Shown piece after piece: positions 45,296 to 54,455 of a stretch of 64,000 nt of DNA; position 1 is the stretch's first letter, and each line of letters starts with the position of its first letter. This DNA comes from Gemmatimonadota bacterium (GTDB lineage Bacteria; Gemmatimonadota; Gemmatimonadetes; Palauibacterales; Palauibacteraceae), in assembly GCA_046757485.1 (NCBI GenBank), contig JBHHYJ010000002.1, positions 8,073 to 72,072 of the forward strand, given 5' to 3'. The notes below the pieces were generated by a model that did not search any database, was not told the DNA's origin, and saw nothing but the letters and a program-made list of their open reading frames with translations. The position numbers were made by a program, and so were the translations under genes.

Positions 45296-47574
45296 CAGTA
45301 TCCCCACTCGAAGCGAGGCGTGTAGTCGTCCAGCACGGAGTAGGGGAGGGGCCACGGGAGGTCGTAGCCCAGCGCGTACGCCGCATGGCGCGTCCAGTAG
45401 GGATCCCACAGGTGGGCGCGCGCCAGGCAGCAGAGGTCCGCCCGCCCGGCCGCCAGGATCGTGTTCACGTCCATGAAGGAGGAGATGTTGCCCACCGCCA
45501 TCGTGTGGATCTCCGCCTCGTGCCGGATCCGATCGCTGAACGGCGTCTGAAACTGCCGTCCGTAGCGTGGCTTCGCGTACGGTACCGTCTGGCCGGCCGA
45601 GACGTCCACGATGTCACACCCGTGCGCCTTGAGCATCCGGGCGACCTCGACCGCGTCCTCCGCCTCCATCCCACCCGGAGCCCAATCCACGGCGGAGATG
45701 CGTACGGAGAGCGGCTTGCGCGCCGGCCACACCGTCCGAACGGCGTCCAGAACCTCCAGCGGAAACCGCATCCGGTTCTCCAGGGGGCCGCCGTACTCGT
45801 CCGTGCGGATGTTGGTGAGGGGGGAGATGAAGCTCGCGAACAGGTAGCCGTGCGCGAAGTGGATCTCGACGAGATCGAAGCCCGCCTCCTCCGCCATGCG
45901 GGTGGCCCGAACGAACTCCTCCCGCACGCCCTCCATGTCGTCCCGGTCCATCTCTCGCGGAACGGGGCTGTGGGGATAGTATGGCACGGGCGAGGCGGCG
46001 ATGATCGGCCAGCCCCCTACCTCCAACGGCTCGTCGATCCCCTCCCAGGCGAGTCTCGTCGAGCCCTTCCGGCCCGCGTGCCCGAGCTGGAGGCCGATCT
46101 TGGCATAGCTGTTCTCGTGGACGAAGCCGACGATGCGGCGCCATGCTTCCACGTGCTCGGGTCGATACATGCCGGCGCACCCGGGCGAGATCCGGCCTTC
46201 CCGACTCACGTCCGTCATCTCGGTGCACACGAGGCCCGCGCCCCCGATCGCCCGGCTGGCGAGGTGGACGAAGTGCCATTCGTTCGGCAGCCCGTCCTCG
46301 GCCAGATACTGGCACATCGGCGAGACGACGACCCGGTTGGCCAGCACGAGATCCCGGAGCTTGAATGGGGTGAAGAGCGGCGGGGGCGGAGGGTTCTCGG
46401 GCCCGGCCACCCCCGTCTGCTCGCTCGCACGACGGGCCACCCACTCGTCCACGCTCGCGGTGAAGGCCGGATCCCGGAGCTGGAGGTTCGAGTGGGTGAT
46501 CCGCAGGCTGCGGGTGAGGATGTTGAAGGCGAACTGGGTCGGCTCGGTCTGCATGTAGCGCTCCGTCCCCTCGAACCACTGAAGGCTCGCGTGGGCGGCG
46601 CGCTGCAGGCTCTCCACGCCAGGCCGACGTTCCTCCTCGTAGGAGGCGAGGGCGGCCGGCACGTCGTGACGGTGTTCGGCGAGCGCCTCCGCGAGCGCGA
46701 TCGCGTCGAGCATTGCCATGCGCGTGCCGGAACCCACGGAGAAGTGCGCCGTGTGGGCCGCGTCCCCCACCAGCACGACGTTGCCGTGCGACCAGCGCTC
46801 CGTGGAGACGGTGGGAAACTGCCGCCAGATGGACCGGTTCGCGATCAGATCGTGCCCCTCGAGCTCCGCGGCGCACAGGGCCTCGCAGAAAGCGAGCGTC
46901 TCCGTCTCGTCGGCCTCGCCCAGCCCGGCCGAGCGCCACGTTTCCTCTCGAGCCTCGACGATGAGGGTGGAGCTCGCCTCCCCGTCGCGGGCCGGCTCGT
47001 ACTGGTAACAGTGCACCCGCCACAGCCCGTGGGCGTCTTCCTTGAAGTAGAAGGTGAAGGCGGGAAACGGCTTCGTAGTCCCGAGCCACACGAACCGGTT
47101 CGGCCGCCGGTCGATCACGGGCCGGAACTCCACGCGGTACAGCTCCCGAACGGCGCTGTTCACGCCGTCGGCGCCCAGGATGAGGTCCGCATCGGCAAAC
47201 GGAGCCAGCTCCGTGACCTCTGTCTCGAAACGGAGCTCGACCCCCAGCTCCTCGCACCGCCGGTTCAGAATCTCGAGCAGCGTGAGGCGCGCCAGGCCGG
47301 CGAAGCCGTGGCCCGTGGAGCTGAGCACCCGGCCCCGATAGTGGATGTCGATGTCGTCCCAGTGGTAGAACTCCCGGGTGATCGCCTCGAAGGTGGGCGA
47401 ATCCGCCTCCTTCAGCTCCTCCAGGGTGGCGTCGGAGAAGACGACCCCGAAGCCGTACGTGTCGTCCCGGGCGTTTCGCTCCAGGACGAGGATCTCGTGG
47501 GACGGGTCCGCCTTCTTCATCAGGATCGCGAAGTAGAGCCCGGCAGGCCCTCCGCCCACGCTGACGATCCTCAC
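45295..47574 (-). CDS. Bifunctional FAD-monooxygenase / Old-Yellow-Enzyme reductase fusion (2-aminobenzoyl-CoA monooxygenase/reductase-like, also annotated in databases as salicylyl-CoA 5-hydroxylase/oxidoreductase)
   Basis: 759 aa. N-terminal [18 protein letters not shown] and GDAAHT flavin-monooxygenase motifs. C-terminal OYE TIM barrel ([51 protein letters not shown]). Confidence 0.8.
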   Translation of the reverse strand: MRIVSVGGGPAGLYFAILMKKADPSHEILVLERNARDDTYGFGVVFSDATLEELKEADSPTFEAITREFYHWDDIDIHYRGRVLSSTGHGFAGLARLTLLEILNRRCEELGVELRFETEVTELAPFADADLILGADGVNSAVRELYRVEFRPVIDRRPNRFVWLGTTKPFPAFTFYFKEDAHGLWRVHCYQYEPARDGEASSTLIVEAREETWRSAGLGEADETETLAFCEALCAAELEGHDLIANRSIWRQFPTVSTERWSHGNVVLVGDAAHTAHFSVGSGTRMAMLDAIALAEALAEHRHDVPAALASYEEERRPGVESLQRAAHASLQWFEGTERYMQTEPTQFAFNILTRSLRITHSNLQLRDPAFTASVDEWVARRASEQTGVAGPENPPPPPLFTPFKLRDLVLANRVVVSPMCQYLAEDGLPNEWHFVHLASRAIGGAGLVCTEMTDVSREGRISPGCAGMYRPEHVEAWRRIVGFVHENSYAKIGLQLGHAGRKGSTRLAWEGIDEPLEVGGWPIIAASPVPYYPHSPVPREMDRDDMEGVREEFVRATRMAEEAGFDLVEIHFAHGYLFASFISPLTNIRTDEYGGPLENRMRFPLEVLDAVRTVWPARKPLSVRISAVDWAPGGMEAEDAVEVARMLKAHGCDIVDVSAGQTVPYAKPRYGRQFQTPFSDRIRHEAEIHTMAVGNISSFMDVNTILAAGRADLCCLARAHLWDPYWTRHAAYALGYDLPWPLPYSVLDDYTPRFEWGY

Positions 47575-48821
47575 GGCCGCTCTCCGGCCTCCGTGCCGTC
47601 GGGGCTCTGGGGCCGAACGGTGCCACCCCGGGCAGGCTCCGTGCCTCCGGCCGCCTCGTCATCCTCCCGATCCGCGGCCGCCGCCTCGATCAGCCCCTTG
47701 GCGATGATGAGCCGCTGGATCTCCGTCGTGCCTTCGTAAATCCGGAGGGCGCGGACGGAGCGGTACAGACGGTCGAGGGGGTTCTCCTTCAGCACCCCCC
47801 TCCCCCCCAGGATCTGCACCGCGTCATCCACGATCCGCTGGGCCGCCTCCGTGGCGAACGCCTTCGCCATGGAGGCCTCCGTCGCGGTTCGGTCGGCCCC
47901 GGCGTCCGTCTCCCAGGCCGCCCTGTAGACGAGGAGACGCGCGGCGGCCAGCTCGGTGGCCATCCGTGCGAGCTTCTCCTGCACGATCTGGAAGCGGGCC
48001 AGGGGGCGGCCGAACTGCTCGCGGCGCGAGGCGTGGCGCACGGCTTCCCGCAGAGCCCGAGCCGCCATCCCGCACGCGGCGGCCCCGACGGTGGGCCGCA
48101 GGCGCTCCAGGGTGAGGATCCCGATCCCGAACCCCTCTCCCTCCGCGCCCAGCCGGTCCGAGGCAGCCACCCGGCACCCATCCAGCTCGATCTCTCCGAG
48201 AGGGTGGGGCGCGGAGAGGACCTGTGCCTTCACGAAGCGCAGACCGGGCGCGTCCGCGGGGACGACGAAGCAGGTGATGCCCCGTCGACCGTCGTCGGGG
48301 TCCGTGGTGGCGAACGTCACGTAGAAGTCGGCGATCCCGGCGTTGGAGATGAGCGTCTTCCGCCCCGAGAGAACGTACTCGTTCCCGTCGCGGCGCGCCG
48401 TCATCCGAAGAGAGGCGACGTCGGATCCGGCCTCCGGCTCCGTCATCGCGAAGGCGGCCATCAGCGTCCCCTCCAGGAGCCCGGGAAGCCAGCGGTCTCG
48501 CAGGGCTTCGTTCCCAGCCAGCAGGAGCGGCGTTCCTCCGAGGGTCTGAAGCGCGAAGACGGCGTCGGCGAGCGGCGAGGCGGCGGCCAGCGCCTCCCGG
48601 ATGAGGCAGCAGGCCCGGAAGTCCTGCTCCGCGATCGGGGCGTACCAGCCGCCCGCGCCCAGCCGGCTCAGGATCTCCCGGGCCTGGCGGCGGGCCTCGG
48701 CGTCGTCGGCCGGCTCCGGACGGCCCGCGAGCTCCTGGCTGACGAGCTCGCCGATCCGCTCCGCGAGCTCCACGTGGCGTGGCTCCAGGAAGGCGCGCAC
48801 CGGCCGGATCGAGGGAACCAC
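47571..48821 (-). CDS. Acyl-CoA dehydrogenase
   Basis: [33 protein letters not shown] and [18 protein letters not shown] start at 48819-48821 preceded by GGAAGGAG. ATGA overlap with the downstream gene. Confidence 0.85.
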   Translation of the reverse strand: MVPSIRPVRAFLEPRHVELAERIGELVSQELAGRPEPADDAEARRQAREILSRLGAGGWYAPIAEQDFRACCLIREALAAASPLADAVFALQTLGGTPLLLAGNEALRDRWLPGLLEGTLMAAFAMTEPEAGSDVASLRMTARRDGNEYVLSGRKTLISNAGIADFYVTFATTDPDDGRRGITCFVVPADAPGLRFVKAQVLSAPHPLGEIELDGCRVAASDRLGAEGEGFGIGILTLERLRPTVGAAACGMAARALREAVRHASRREQFGRPLARFQIVQEKLARMATELAAARLLVYRAAWETDAGADRTATEASMAKAFATEAAQRIVDDAVQILGGRGVLKENPLDRLYRSVRALRIYEGTTEIQRLIIAKGLIEAAAADREDDEAAGGTEPARGGTVRPQSPDGTEAGERP

Positions 48822-48844
48822 GGACGTCTCCTTCCCGGGCGGCG

Positions 48845-49714
48845 TCAGACGAACTCCGCGTCCCGCTTCGTCACGAACGCCTCGTATGCCTCCCGGAAGT
48901 TCTGGTTCTGCATGCAGATGGCCTGGACCTGCGCCTCCGCCTCCAGGGCGCTGGCCAGATCCATCGAGGCCTCCCGGTTCAGCGCGTCCTTCGTGATCTC
49001 CAGGGCGAAGGAGGGGCCGCGGGCCAGCTTTTCCGCCAGGGACCGCGCCTCCTCCTGAAGCCGCTCCGCCGGTACCACCCGGTTGTAGAGGCCGATCCTC
49101 AGCGCCTCGGCGGCGTCGATGAAGTCGCCCGACATGAGGAGCTCCGTAGCGCGGCCCAGCCCGACGATGCGGGGGAGGAGCCAGGAGGCGCCCATGTCGG
49201 CCCCCGAGAGCCCGACGCGGGTGAACAGGTAGGCGATCTTCGCCGTCTCCGCGGCGATCCGCACGTCGCACGCCGTGGCGATCACCGCCCCCGCGCCTGC
49301 CACCGTGCCGTTCAGGGCCGCCACCACCGGGCGTCGGCAGCGGCGGATCGCGAGGATCAGGTCGCAGGTCAGCCGGGTGAACTCCAGGAGCCCCTCGTAG
49401 TCCCGCTCGAAGAGGGGGCCGATGATCTCCTCCACGTCGCCGCCGGAGCAGAACGCCCGACCCGCGCCCGTGATCACGACTGCCCGTACGCCGGGCTCCG
49501 TGTCCAGGGCGCGGAAGGTGTCCCGGAGCTCCGCGTAGACCTCGAAGGTCAGCGCGTTCAGCCGCTCCGGGCGGTTCAGGGTGATCGTCGCCACGGAGCT
49601 GTCGGGGTCCTTTTCGTACAGGAAAGAGCGGGGTGTCAGCACGTTCCCTCTCCGTTGGTTCGCCGGCTCTCTTCCGGCGCCGGCCTCTCGCGCCGGTCTC
49701 GTTCGCGTCCTCAC
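48845..49714 (-). CDS. Enoyl-CoA hydratase/isomerase (crotonase) family protein
   Basis: ITGAGRAFCSGGDV and AALNGTVAGAGAVIATACDVRIA are crotonase oxyanion-hole motifs. Confidence 0.85.
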   Translation of the reverse strand: MRTRTRPAREAGAGREPANQRRGNVLTPRSFLYEKDPDSSVATITLNRPERLNALTFEVYAELRDTFRALDTEPGVRAVVITGAGRAFCSGGDVEEIIGPLFERDYEGLLEFTRLTCDLILAIRRCRRPVVAALNGTVAGAGAVIATACDVRIAAETAKIAYLFTRVGLSGADMGASWLLPRIVGLGRATELLMSGDFIDAAEALRIGLYNRVVPAERLQEEARSLAEKLARGPSFALEITKDALNREASMDLASALEAEAQVQAICMQNQNFREAYEAFVTKRDAEFV

Positions 49715-49787
49715 GTGCCCGGCGGCCGGCGGGCCGCGTCCGCCGGGCCCTCCTCCCTCCCGGGCGAGCTGGCGAAGGACTCCGGCG

Positions 49788-50189
49788 CTACGGCACGACC
49801 GCGGTCGCCTCGATCTCCAGCAACGCCTCCTCGTCTGCCAGCCCCTTCACCTCCACGAGCGCCATGGTGGGGTAGTGCCGATCCATCAGCCGGCGGTAGG
49901 CTACGCCCAGCGCCCTGCGGTTCCCCAGGTACTCCTCCAGGTCCGTGACGTACAGCGTGAGGCGCCCGATGTCCGCCGGTTCCCCGCCCGCCTCTCGGAC
50001 GACGGCCACGACCTTCGAGAGAGCCCGCTCGAACTGCTCCACCAGGCCGAAGGTGCGGACGACGCCGTCCGCGTCGCTCGCCGTCTGCCCGGCGACGAAC
50101 AGGAGGCGCCCGGGCGCCGTCGTCAGGAGACCGTGGTTCCAGCCGCGGGGGGTCCCCAGCGGTTCCGGGTTGATGATGCGGTATCTCAC
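49788..50189 (-). CDS. RidA/YjgF family enamine/imine deaminase
   Basis: 133 aa. LLFVAGQTA...VVRTF...RLTLYVTD...VEVKGLA is the RidA fold signature. Confidence 0.8.
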   Translation of the reverse strand: MRYRIINPEPLGTPRGWNHGLLTTAPGRLLFVAGQTASDADGVVRTFGLVEQFERALSKVVAVVREAGGEPADIGRLTLYVTDLEEYLGNRRALGVAYRRLMDRHYPTMALVEVKGLADEEALLEIEATAVVP

Positions 50190-50247
50190 TCGAGCCTCGC
50201 TTCCTGGACGGGGTCTCCCGCCGGTCGACCGGGGTGACGCGGCTCCC

Positions 50248-51078
50248 TCACTCGTCCGGCGCCACCCCGCCGTCCGGTCCGGCCGCCGATCCGTCTCCCA
50301 TGACGATGGCCTCCCCGTTCGTTCGGCCGCCCTCCTCGCCGCACAGGGCGAGGACCGCCCTGGCGACCTCCGCCGGGGAGAGGAGCCGGGACTGGCCCGC
50401 GGCCCGCAGGATCGCCTCCCGCGCCTCCTCCTCCGTCCTCCCGGTCTTCCGCACGATGCGGCGGACGGACTCTCGGGTCATCTCCGTGTCCACGTAGCCC
50501 GGGCACACGGCGTTCACGGTCACCCCGGTTCCCTCGACCTCCGCCGCGGCGCAGCGCGTGAGGCCGACGACGGCGTGCTTCGAGGCGGCGTACGCCGCGA
50601 TGTAGGGCGCCCCCCCGAGACCCGCCACGGACGCCACGTTCACGATCCGCCCCCGGCCCCGCTCCACCATGCGGGGCAGGAAGGCGCGGAGGACGAGGAA
50701 CGTCCCCGTCGCGTTCACCGCGAGCGTCCGGTTCCACTCCTCGAGCGTCAGACCCGTCACCGGGGCGGAGCCCGCCACCCCGTGGCTGTTCACCAGGATC
50801 TCCACCCGGCCCACGAGCTCGGCCGCCTCCCCCGCCAGGCTCCGCACGCTGGCCGGGTCCGTCACGTCGCAGCGGACCGCCGCCGCTACGTCACCGCGCT
50901 CGCGCAGCTCGGCGGCCACCCGCTCGATCTCCTCCTCCGTGCGGGCCGCGACCACGACCGCGGCTCCGGCGCCGGCCAGCTCCCGGGCGACCGCCGCACC
51001 GATCCCCCGGCCCCCGCCGGTGACAACGGCCCCGCGCCCCGCGAGCCTCCCGTCGAGGGCTCCGCGCGCCCCGCTCAC
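50248..51078 (-). CDS. SDR family oxidoreductase (3-hydroxyacyl-CoA/3-oxoacyl reductase-like)
   Basis: TGGGRGIGAAVA (cofactor motif), NSHGV and YAASKHAV (YxxxK). ATGA overlap with the upstream gene. Confidence 0.85.
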   Translation of the reverse strand: MSGARGALDGRLAGRGAVVTGGGRGIGAAVARELAGAGAAVVVAARTEEEIERVAAELRERGDVAAAVRCDVTDPASVRSLAGEAAELVGRVEILVNSHGVAGSAPVTGLTLEEWNRTLAVNATGTFLVLRAFLPRMVERGRGRIVNVASVAGLGGAPYIAAYAASKHAVVGLTRCAAAEVEGTGVTVNAVCPGYVDTEMTRESVRRIVRKTGRTEEEAREAILRAAGQSRLLSPAEVARAVLALCGEEGGRTNGEAIVMGDGSAAGPDGGVAPDE

Positions 51079-51884
51079 GGCCCCCCTCCCGCTCCCCCCT
51101 TCCGTCTCCCTTCGCCTCCGCCTCCCACGGAACGATCGATCTCCGCCCGCACGGCCTCCGCCAGGATCTCGCCCAGCCGCTCGATCGTGCGCCGGCCCTC
51201 CGCCTCCGTGGCCTCGGCCGGAGCGCCGAAGTACGCGCGCGGGCCGCCCGCCTCCTCGAAGCTCGCCTTCCCGTCCCGAATCGCCTCGGAGAGAGAGACC
51301 GGGTTAGGGGGAAGCTCCCGGCACACCGCCTCCCGCACGAGCTCCGGCCGCCGGGCGAGGACGATCGAGGTCTCGTACCGACCGGCGTGGCAGGCTCCGC
51401 TCCGGAACTCCTCCGTCAGCCGGAGCGCCCACGGCTTCCGGGTGAGGTCGGGGAAGACGACCCGCGCTCCGGCCTCCCGCCGCGCCTCCTCGGCGCCCGT
51501 CCGGAGCGCCGCGAGGTGGGCCGGGTCCAGGTGCGCGTTGGCGATCGCCAGGTGCCCGATCCCGTGCCGGGCGAGCCCGCGGGCGACCTCGGCCACGAGG
51601 GCACTCACCGTCGCGGGGCGCGCCGAGATCGTCCCGGGGAACCCGGCGCCGAACTCCGCCGCCGTGTACGCCAGCGGGGGGAGAAGGAGCGGCTCGAATC
51701 CCTCGCCGGCCAGTCGCTCCGCCGCCGCCTCGGCCATCGCCTCGGCGATCAGGACGTCCGTGCCCAGGGGGAGGTGCGGGCCGTGGGCCTCTACCGCTCC
51801 CACGGGCAGGACCGCCACCGCCCGCGACCGATCCCGGTCCCGGAGCTCCTCCCAGGTCATCTCGAACAGCCTCGACACCGGCAT
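51075..51884 (-). CDS. Creatininase / ArfB-family amidohydrolase (candidate formamidase)
   Basis: VLPVGAVEAHGPHLPLGTDVLIAEA and GHLAIANAH..RYETS are creatinine-amidohydrolase-fold motifs. First gene of the minus-strand catabolic operon. Confidence 0.75.
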   Translation of the reverse strand: MPVSRLFEMTWEELRDRDRSRAVAVLPVGAVEAHGPHLPLGTDVLIAEAMAEAAAERLAGEGFEPLLLPPLAYTAAEFGAGFPGTISARPATVSALVAEVARGLARHGIGHLAIANAHLDPAHLAALRTGAEEARREAGARVVFPDLTRKPWALRLTEEFRSGACHAGRYETSIVLARRPELVREAVCRELPPNPVSLSEAIRDGKASFEEAGGPRAYFGAPAEATEAEGRRTIERLGEILAEAVRAEIDRSVGGGGEGRRKGGAGGGP

Positions 51885-51942
51885 CGCGCGGCCCCCGTCT
51901 CCCGTTGCCCGTCATTCTAGCCGCGGAGTATCATCCGGCACC

Positions 51943-53547
51943 ATGCCGTTCTCGCCACCCCCAGCGTTCAACATCGCCGACCACTTCCTCGACGCCCGCA
52001 TCCGCGAGGGCCGGGGCGGCCGGACGGCGATCCTGACGGACGACGGCCGCCTCACGTACGCCGACGTCCAGGCGCTCGCCCACCGGTTCGGGAACCTCCT
52101 GCGCGCGGCCGGCGTGGCCCCGGAGCAGCGGGTCCTCCTCGCCCTGCCGGACGGCCCGGCGTTCGTCGGCGCGCTTTTCGGCGCGCTGAAGATCGGCGCG
52201 GTGGCCGTGATGCTGAACCCGGAGCTCAGGCCCGCGGAGATCGAGCAAGTGTGCGGCTACACGCGGGCCGTGGCCGTGGTCACGTGGCCCGGGGGCCGGG
52301 AGGCGTTCGAGGCGGCCGCGCGCGGGTCCGGGCCGCGGACGATCCTGGTGGCGGGGGACGCCGGGTTCGAAGCCGATCTCGCTGCCGCGTCCCCCGAGCT
52401 CGAGGGCTTCCCGACCCACCGGGACGACGCGGCGATCTGGCTCTTCTCCGGCGGCACGACGGGCCGTCCCAAGGCGGTCATCCAGTCTCACGCCTCCTTC
52501 GCGAACACGACGGAATGCTACGCGAAAGGCGTGATCGGGTACGGCGAGGAGGACATCACCCTCTCCGTTCCGAAGCTGTACTTCGGCTACGCCACCGGCT
52601 CGAACCTCTTCTTCCCGTTCGCCGTCGGCGGGGCGACCGTCCTCTTTCCCGAGCGGTGCACGGCGGAAGGCCTGTTCGACAGGATCGAGCGTTTTCGGCC
52701 GACGATCCTGGTGAACGTACCGACCATGGTCCAGCGGATGGTCGGCCACCCGGACGCCGCGGGCCGCGACCTCTCCTCCCTGCGGCTGGCCACCTCCGCC
52801 GGCGAGGCGCTGGCGGCGGATCTCCACCGCCGCTGGGCGGAGACGTTCGGCGTGGAGCTCCTGGACGGGCTCGGGACGGCCGAGATGTGGCACATCTTCC
52901 TCTCCAACCGGCCGGACGAGGTCCGTCCGGGCACCCTGGGGCGGGCGGTCCCCGGCTTCGACGTGCGGGTCCGGGATGAGGAGGGGCGGGACCTCCCCCC
53001 GGGCGAGGTCGGGTGGCTGTGGGTGCGGGGCCGGTCGCGGGCCATCGGCTACTGGCAACGGATGGAGCAGACGATGGAGGCGTTCCGGGGCGAGTGGTAC
53101 GTCTCCGGCGATATGGTCCGGCGGGATGCGGACGGGTACTTCACCTACTGCGGCCGGGGGGACGACATGCTGAAGGTCTCCGGCAAGTGGCTCTCCCCCG
53201 TGGAGGTGGAGGAGTGTCTCCTCGAGCACCCGGCCGTCCGGGAGGTCGCGGTGGTCGGCGTCGTCGGTCCGGACGGGCTCACGAAGCCGCACGCCTACGT
53301 CGTCCCGGCTGTGTCGCGGGAGGAGGGCAGTGGAGCGTCGGGGGAAGCCGGAGGCGTGCGGGAGGAGGCCCGGGAGGCGCTCGAGGGGGCCGGCGCGGAG
53401 CTCGAGGAGGAGCTCCAGGCGTTCGTCAGGGAGCGATTGGCCCCGTACAAGTACCCCCGCCGGGTGATCTTCGTGGAGGCGCTCCCGCGGACCCACCTGG
53501 GCAAGGTGGACCGGGGGCGCATCCGGAGGACGGGCGGGCCGGCGTAG
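51943..53547 (+). CDS. Benzoate-CoA ligase family protein (AMP-forming; candidate 2-aminobenzoate-CoA ligase)
   Basis: ATG at 51943. N-terminal FNIADHFLD...GRTAI...TYADVQ is typical of the benzoate-CoA ligase family. AMP-binding motifs (FSGGTTGRPKAV, YRTGD-like WYVSGD, PRTHLGKV). Divergent from the catabolic operon. The upstream 660 codons of the track ORF are rejected. Confidence 0.85.
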   Translation: MPFSPPPAFNIADHFLDARIREGRGGRTAILTDDGRLTYADVQALAHRFGNLLRAAGVAPEQRVLLALPDGPAFVGALFGALKIGAVAVMLNPELRPAEIEQVCGYTRAVAVVTWPGGREAFEAAARGSGPRTILVAGDAGFEADLAAASPELEGFPTHRDDAAIWLFSGGTTGRPKAVIQSHASFANTTECYAKGVIGYGEEDITLSVPKLYFGYATGSNLFFPFAVGGATVLFPERCTAEGLFDRIERFRPTILVNVPTMVQRMVGHPDAAGRDLSSLRLATSAGEALAADLHRRWAETFGVELLDGLGTAEMWHIFLSNRPDEVRPGTLGRAVPGFDVRVRDEEGRDLPPGEVGWLWVRGRSRAIGYWQRMEQTMEAFRGEWYVSGDMVRRDADGYFTYCGRGDDMLKVSGKWLSPVEVEECLLEHPAVREVAVVGVVGPDGLTKPHAYVVPAVSREEGSGASGEAGGVREEAREALEGAGAELEEELQAFVRERLAPYKYPRRVIFVEALPRTHLGKVDRGRIRRTGGPA

Positions 53548-53690
53548 GGGGCCCCGCCGGGCATCGGGAGCGAATCGGACACCTCTGCCCTCGATGGCTG
53601 ACCACGGCCCCGGAGCTTCCGGATCCGTGCTCCCGCCCGGTCGTTCCTTTAGATTCTCCCCGCACGCGGCCCGAGCCGGAGGGAGATCCC

Positions 53691-53822
53691 GTGTCCGCCA
53701 CCGCCATCGTCGTCATGGTCATGATCCTCGCGTTCGTGTGGGGAGGCTTCCTCCTCATCCTGGCGACCGCCATGCGAAAGGAGCGGCGGAAGGGGGAACC
53801 CGCCTCGCCGGGCGGGACGTGA
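53691..53822 (+). CDS. Small single-TM membrane protein (43 aa), hypothetical
   Basis: A strong GGAGGGAG RBS lies 5 nt before GTG at 53691. Peptide VSATAIVVMVMILAFVWGGFLLILATAMRKERRKGEPASPGGT has a hydrophobic helix then a basic tail. The stop overlaps the next start as GTGA. Not called in the ORF track as an independent gene. Confidence 0.3.
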   Translation: MSATAIVVMVMILAFVWGGFLLILATAMRKERRKGEPASPGGT

Positions 53823-54439
53823 GGCGAAGCGCTCCGCCCACCCACCGCGCGCACTCGGCCCGGCCGGGACCCGCCCGGGCCGTCCGTCTCCCGTTGCTTC
53901 TTCCGGTCCTTCTGATCGCCGCTCTTTCGGCGGCCGGTTGCTTCCGCACTCCTCCCCCTCAGCCGCGGCCTCGCGGCCAGCCGGGCCAGACCGCCGAGCC
54001 AGGCCAGACCGCCGAGCCAGGCCAGACCGCCGAGACCGCCCCGGCCCGCGACGGAGCCGAGGCCGCCGGGCCCGCGAGATCCCCCGAGACGGCCCGGATC
54101 GAGGTGGAGCGCCTCAAGGCGCTCGGCCCGATCTACACCCCGTACGAGGTGAGCCCGCGTCTCCGGTGGGACGAGGACACGCAGCGGCTCCTGGTGGAGA
54201 CCCTGGCTCCCGTGCTGGAGGAGAACGAGCTTCCAGTCGGAACGCATGCGCTGGTCTGGGTGCTGATCGGGGCGGACGGAGCGGTGGCCGACGCGGTGAT
54301 CCAGACGACCTCCGAGTCGGAGGCGTTCGACGAGGCGGCCCTGAAGGTGGCGAAAGGACTCCGGTTCTTGCCGGCCGGCGTCGGCGGACAGCCCGTCGCC
54401 GTGTGGGTGATCCGGGAAATCTCCCTGACGATGGAATGA
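53819..54439 (+). CDS. TonB C-terminal-domain lipoprotein with a Pro/Gln-rich linker
   Basis: Lipobox LSAAGC. GQTAEP x3 linker. C-terminal TonB_C-like VWVLIGADGAVADAVIQTTSESEAFDEAALKVAKGLRFLPA. The GTG start is uncertain (the alternative TTG is about 55 nt downstream). Confidence 0.5.
   Translation: MRRSAPPTHRAHSARPGPARAVRLPLLLPVLLIAALSAAGCFRTPPPQPRPRGQPGQTAEPGQTAEPGQTAETAPARDGAEAAGPARSPETARIEVERLKALGPIYTPYEVSPRLRWDEDTQRLLVETLAPVLEENELPVGTHALVWVLIGADGAVADAVIQTTSESEAFDEAALKVAKGLRFLPAGVGGQPVAVWVIREISLTME
53985..54038 (+). repeat. Three tandem copies of an 18-nt unit GGCCAGACCGCCGAGCCA (encoding GQTAEP) inside the TonB-C lipoprotein gene
   Basis: Read directly from sequence. The third copy has one substitution (..GAGACC). 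Confidence 0.8.
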
Positions 54440-54455
54440 GAAAGAGGCCGGAGCG

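Noticed and set aside
45385-47739. ORFs 45385-47739 (plus, 784 aa) and 45614-47662 (minus, 682 aa)
   Set aside because: Alternative frame or antisense to the FAD-monooxygenase/OYE fusion gene, which has clear flavoprotein motifs in the 45295-47574 frame.
49945-51942. N-terminal 666 codons of track ORF 49945-53547
   Set aside because: They overlap the RidA, SDR and creatininase genes on the opposite strand. The ligase has a canonical family N-terminus starting at ATG 51943.
53985-54038. Tandem 18-nt repeats considered as a possible CRISPR or regulatory array
   Set aside because: Only three contiguous copies with no spacers. They lie in frame inside a coding region and encode GQTAEP. It is a coding micro-satellite, not a CRISPR.
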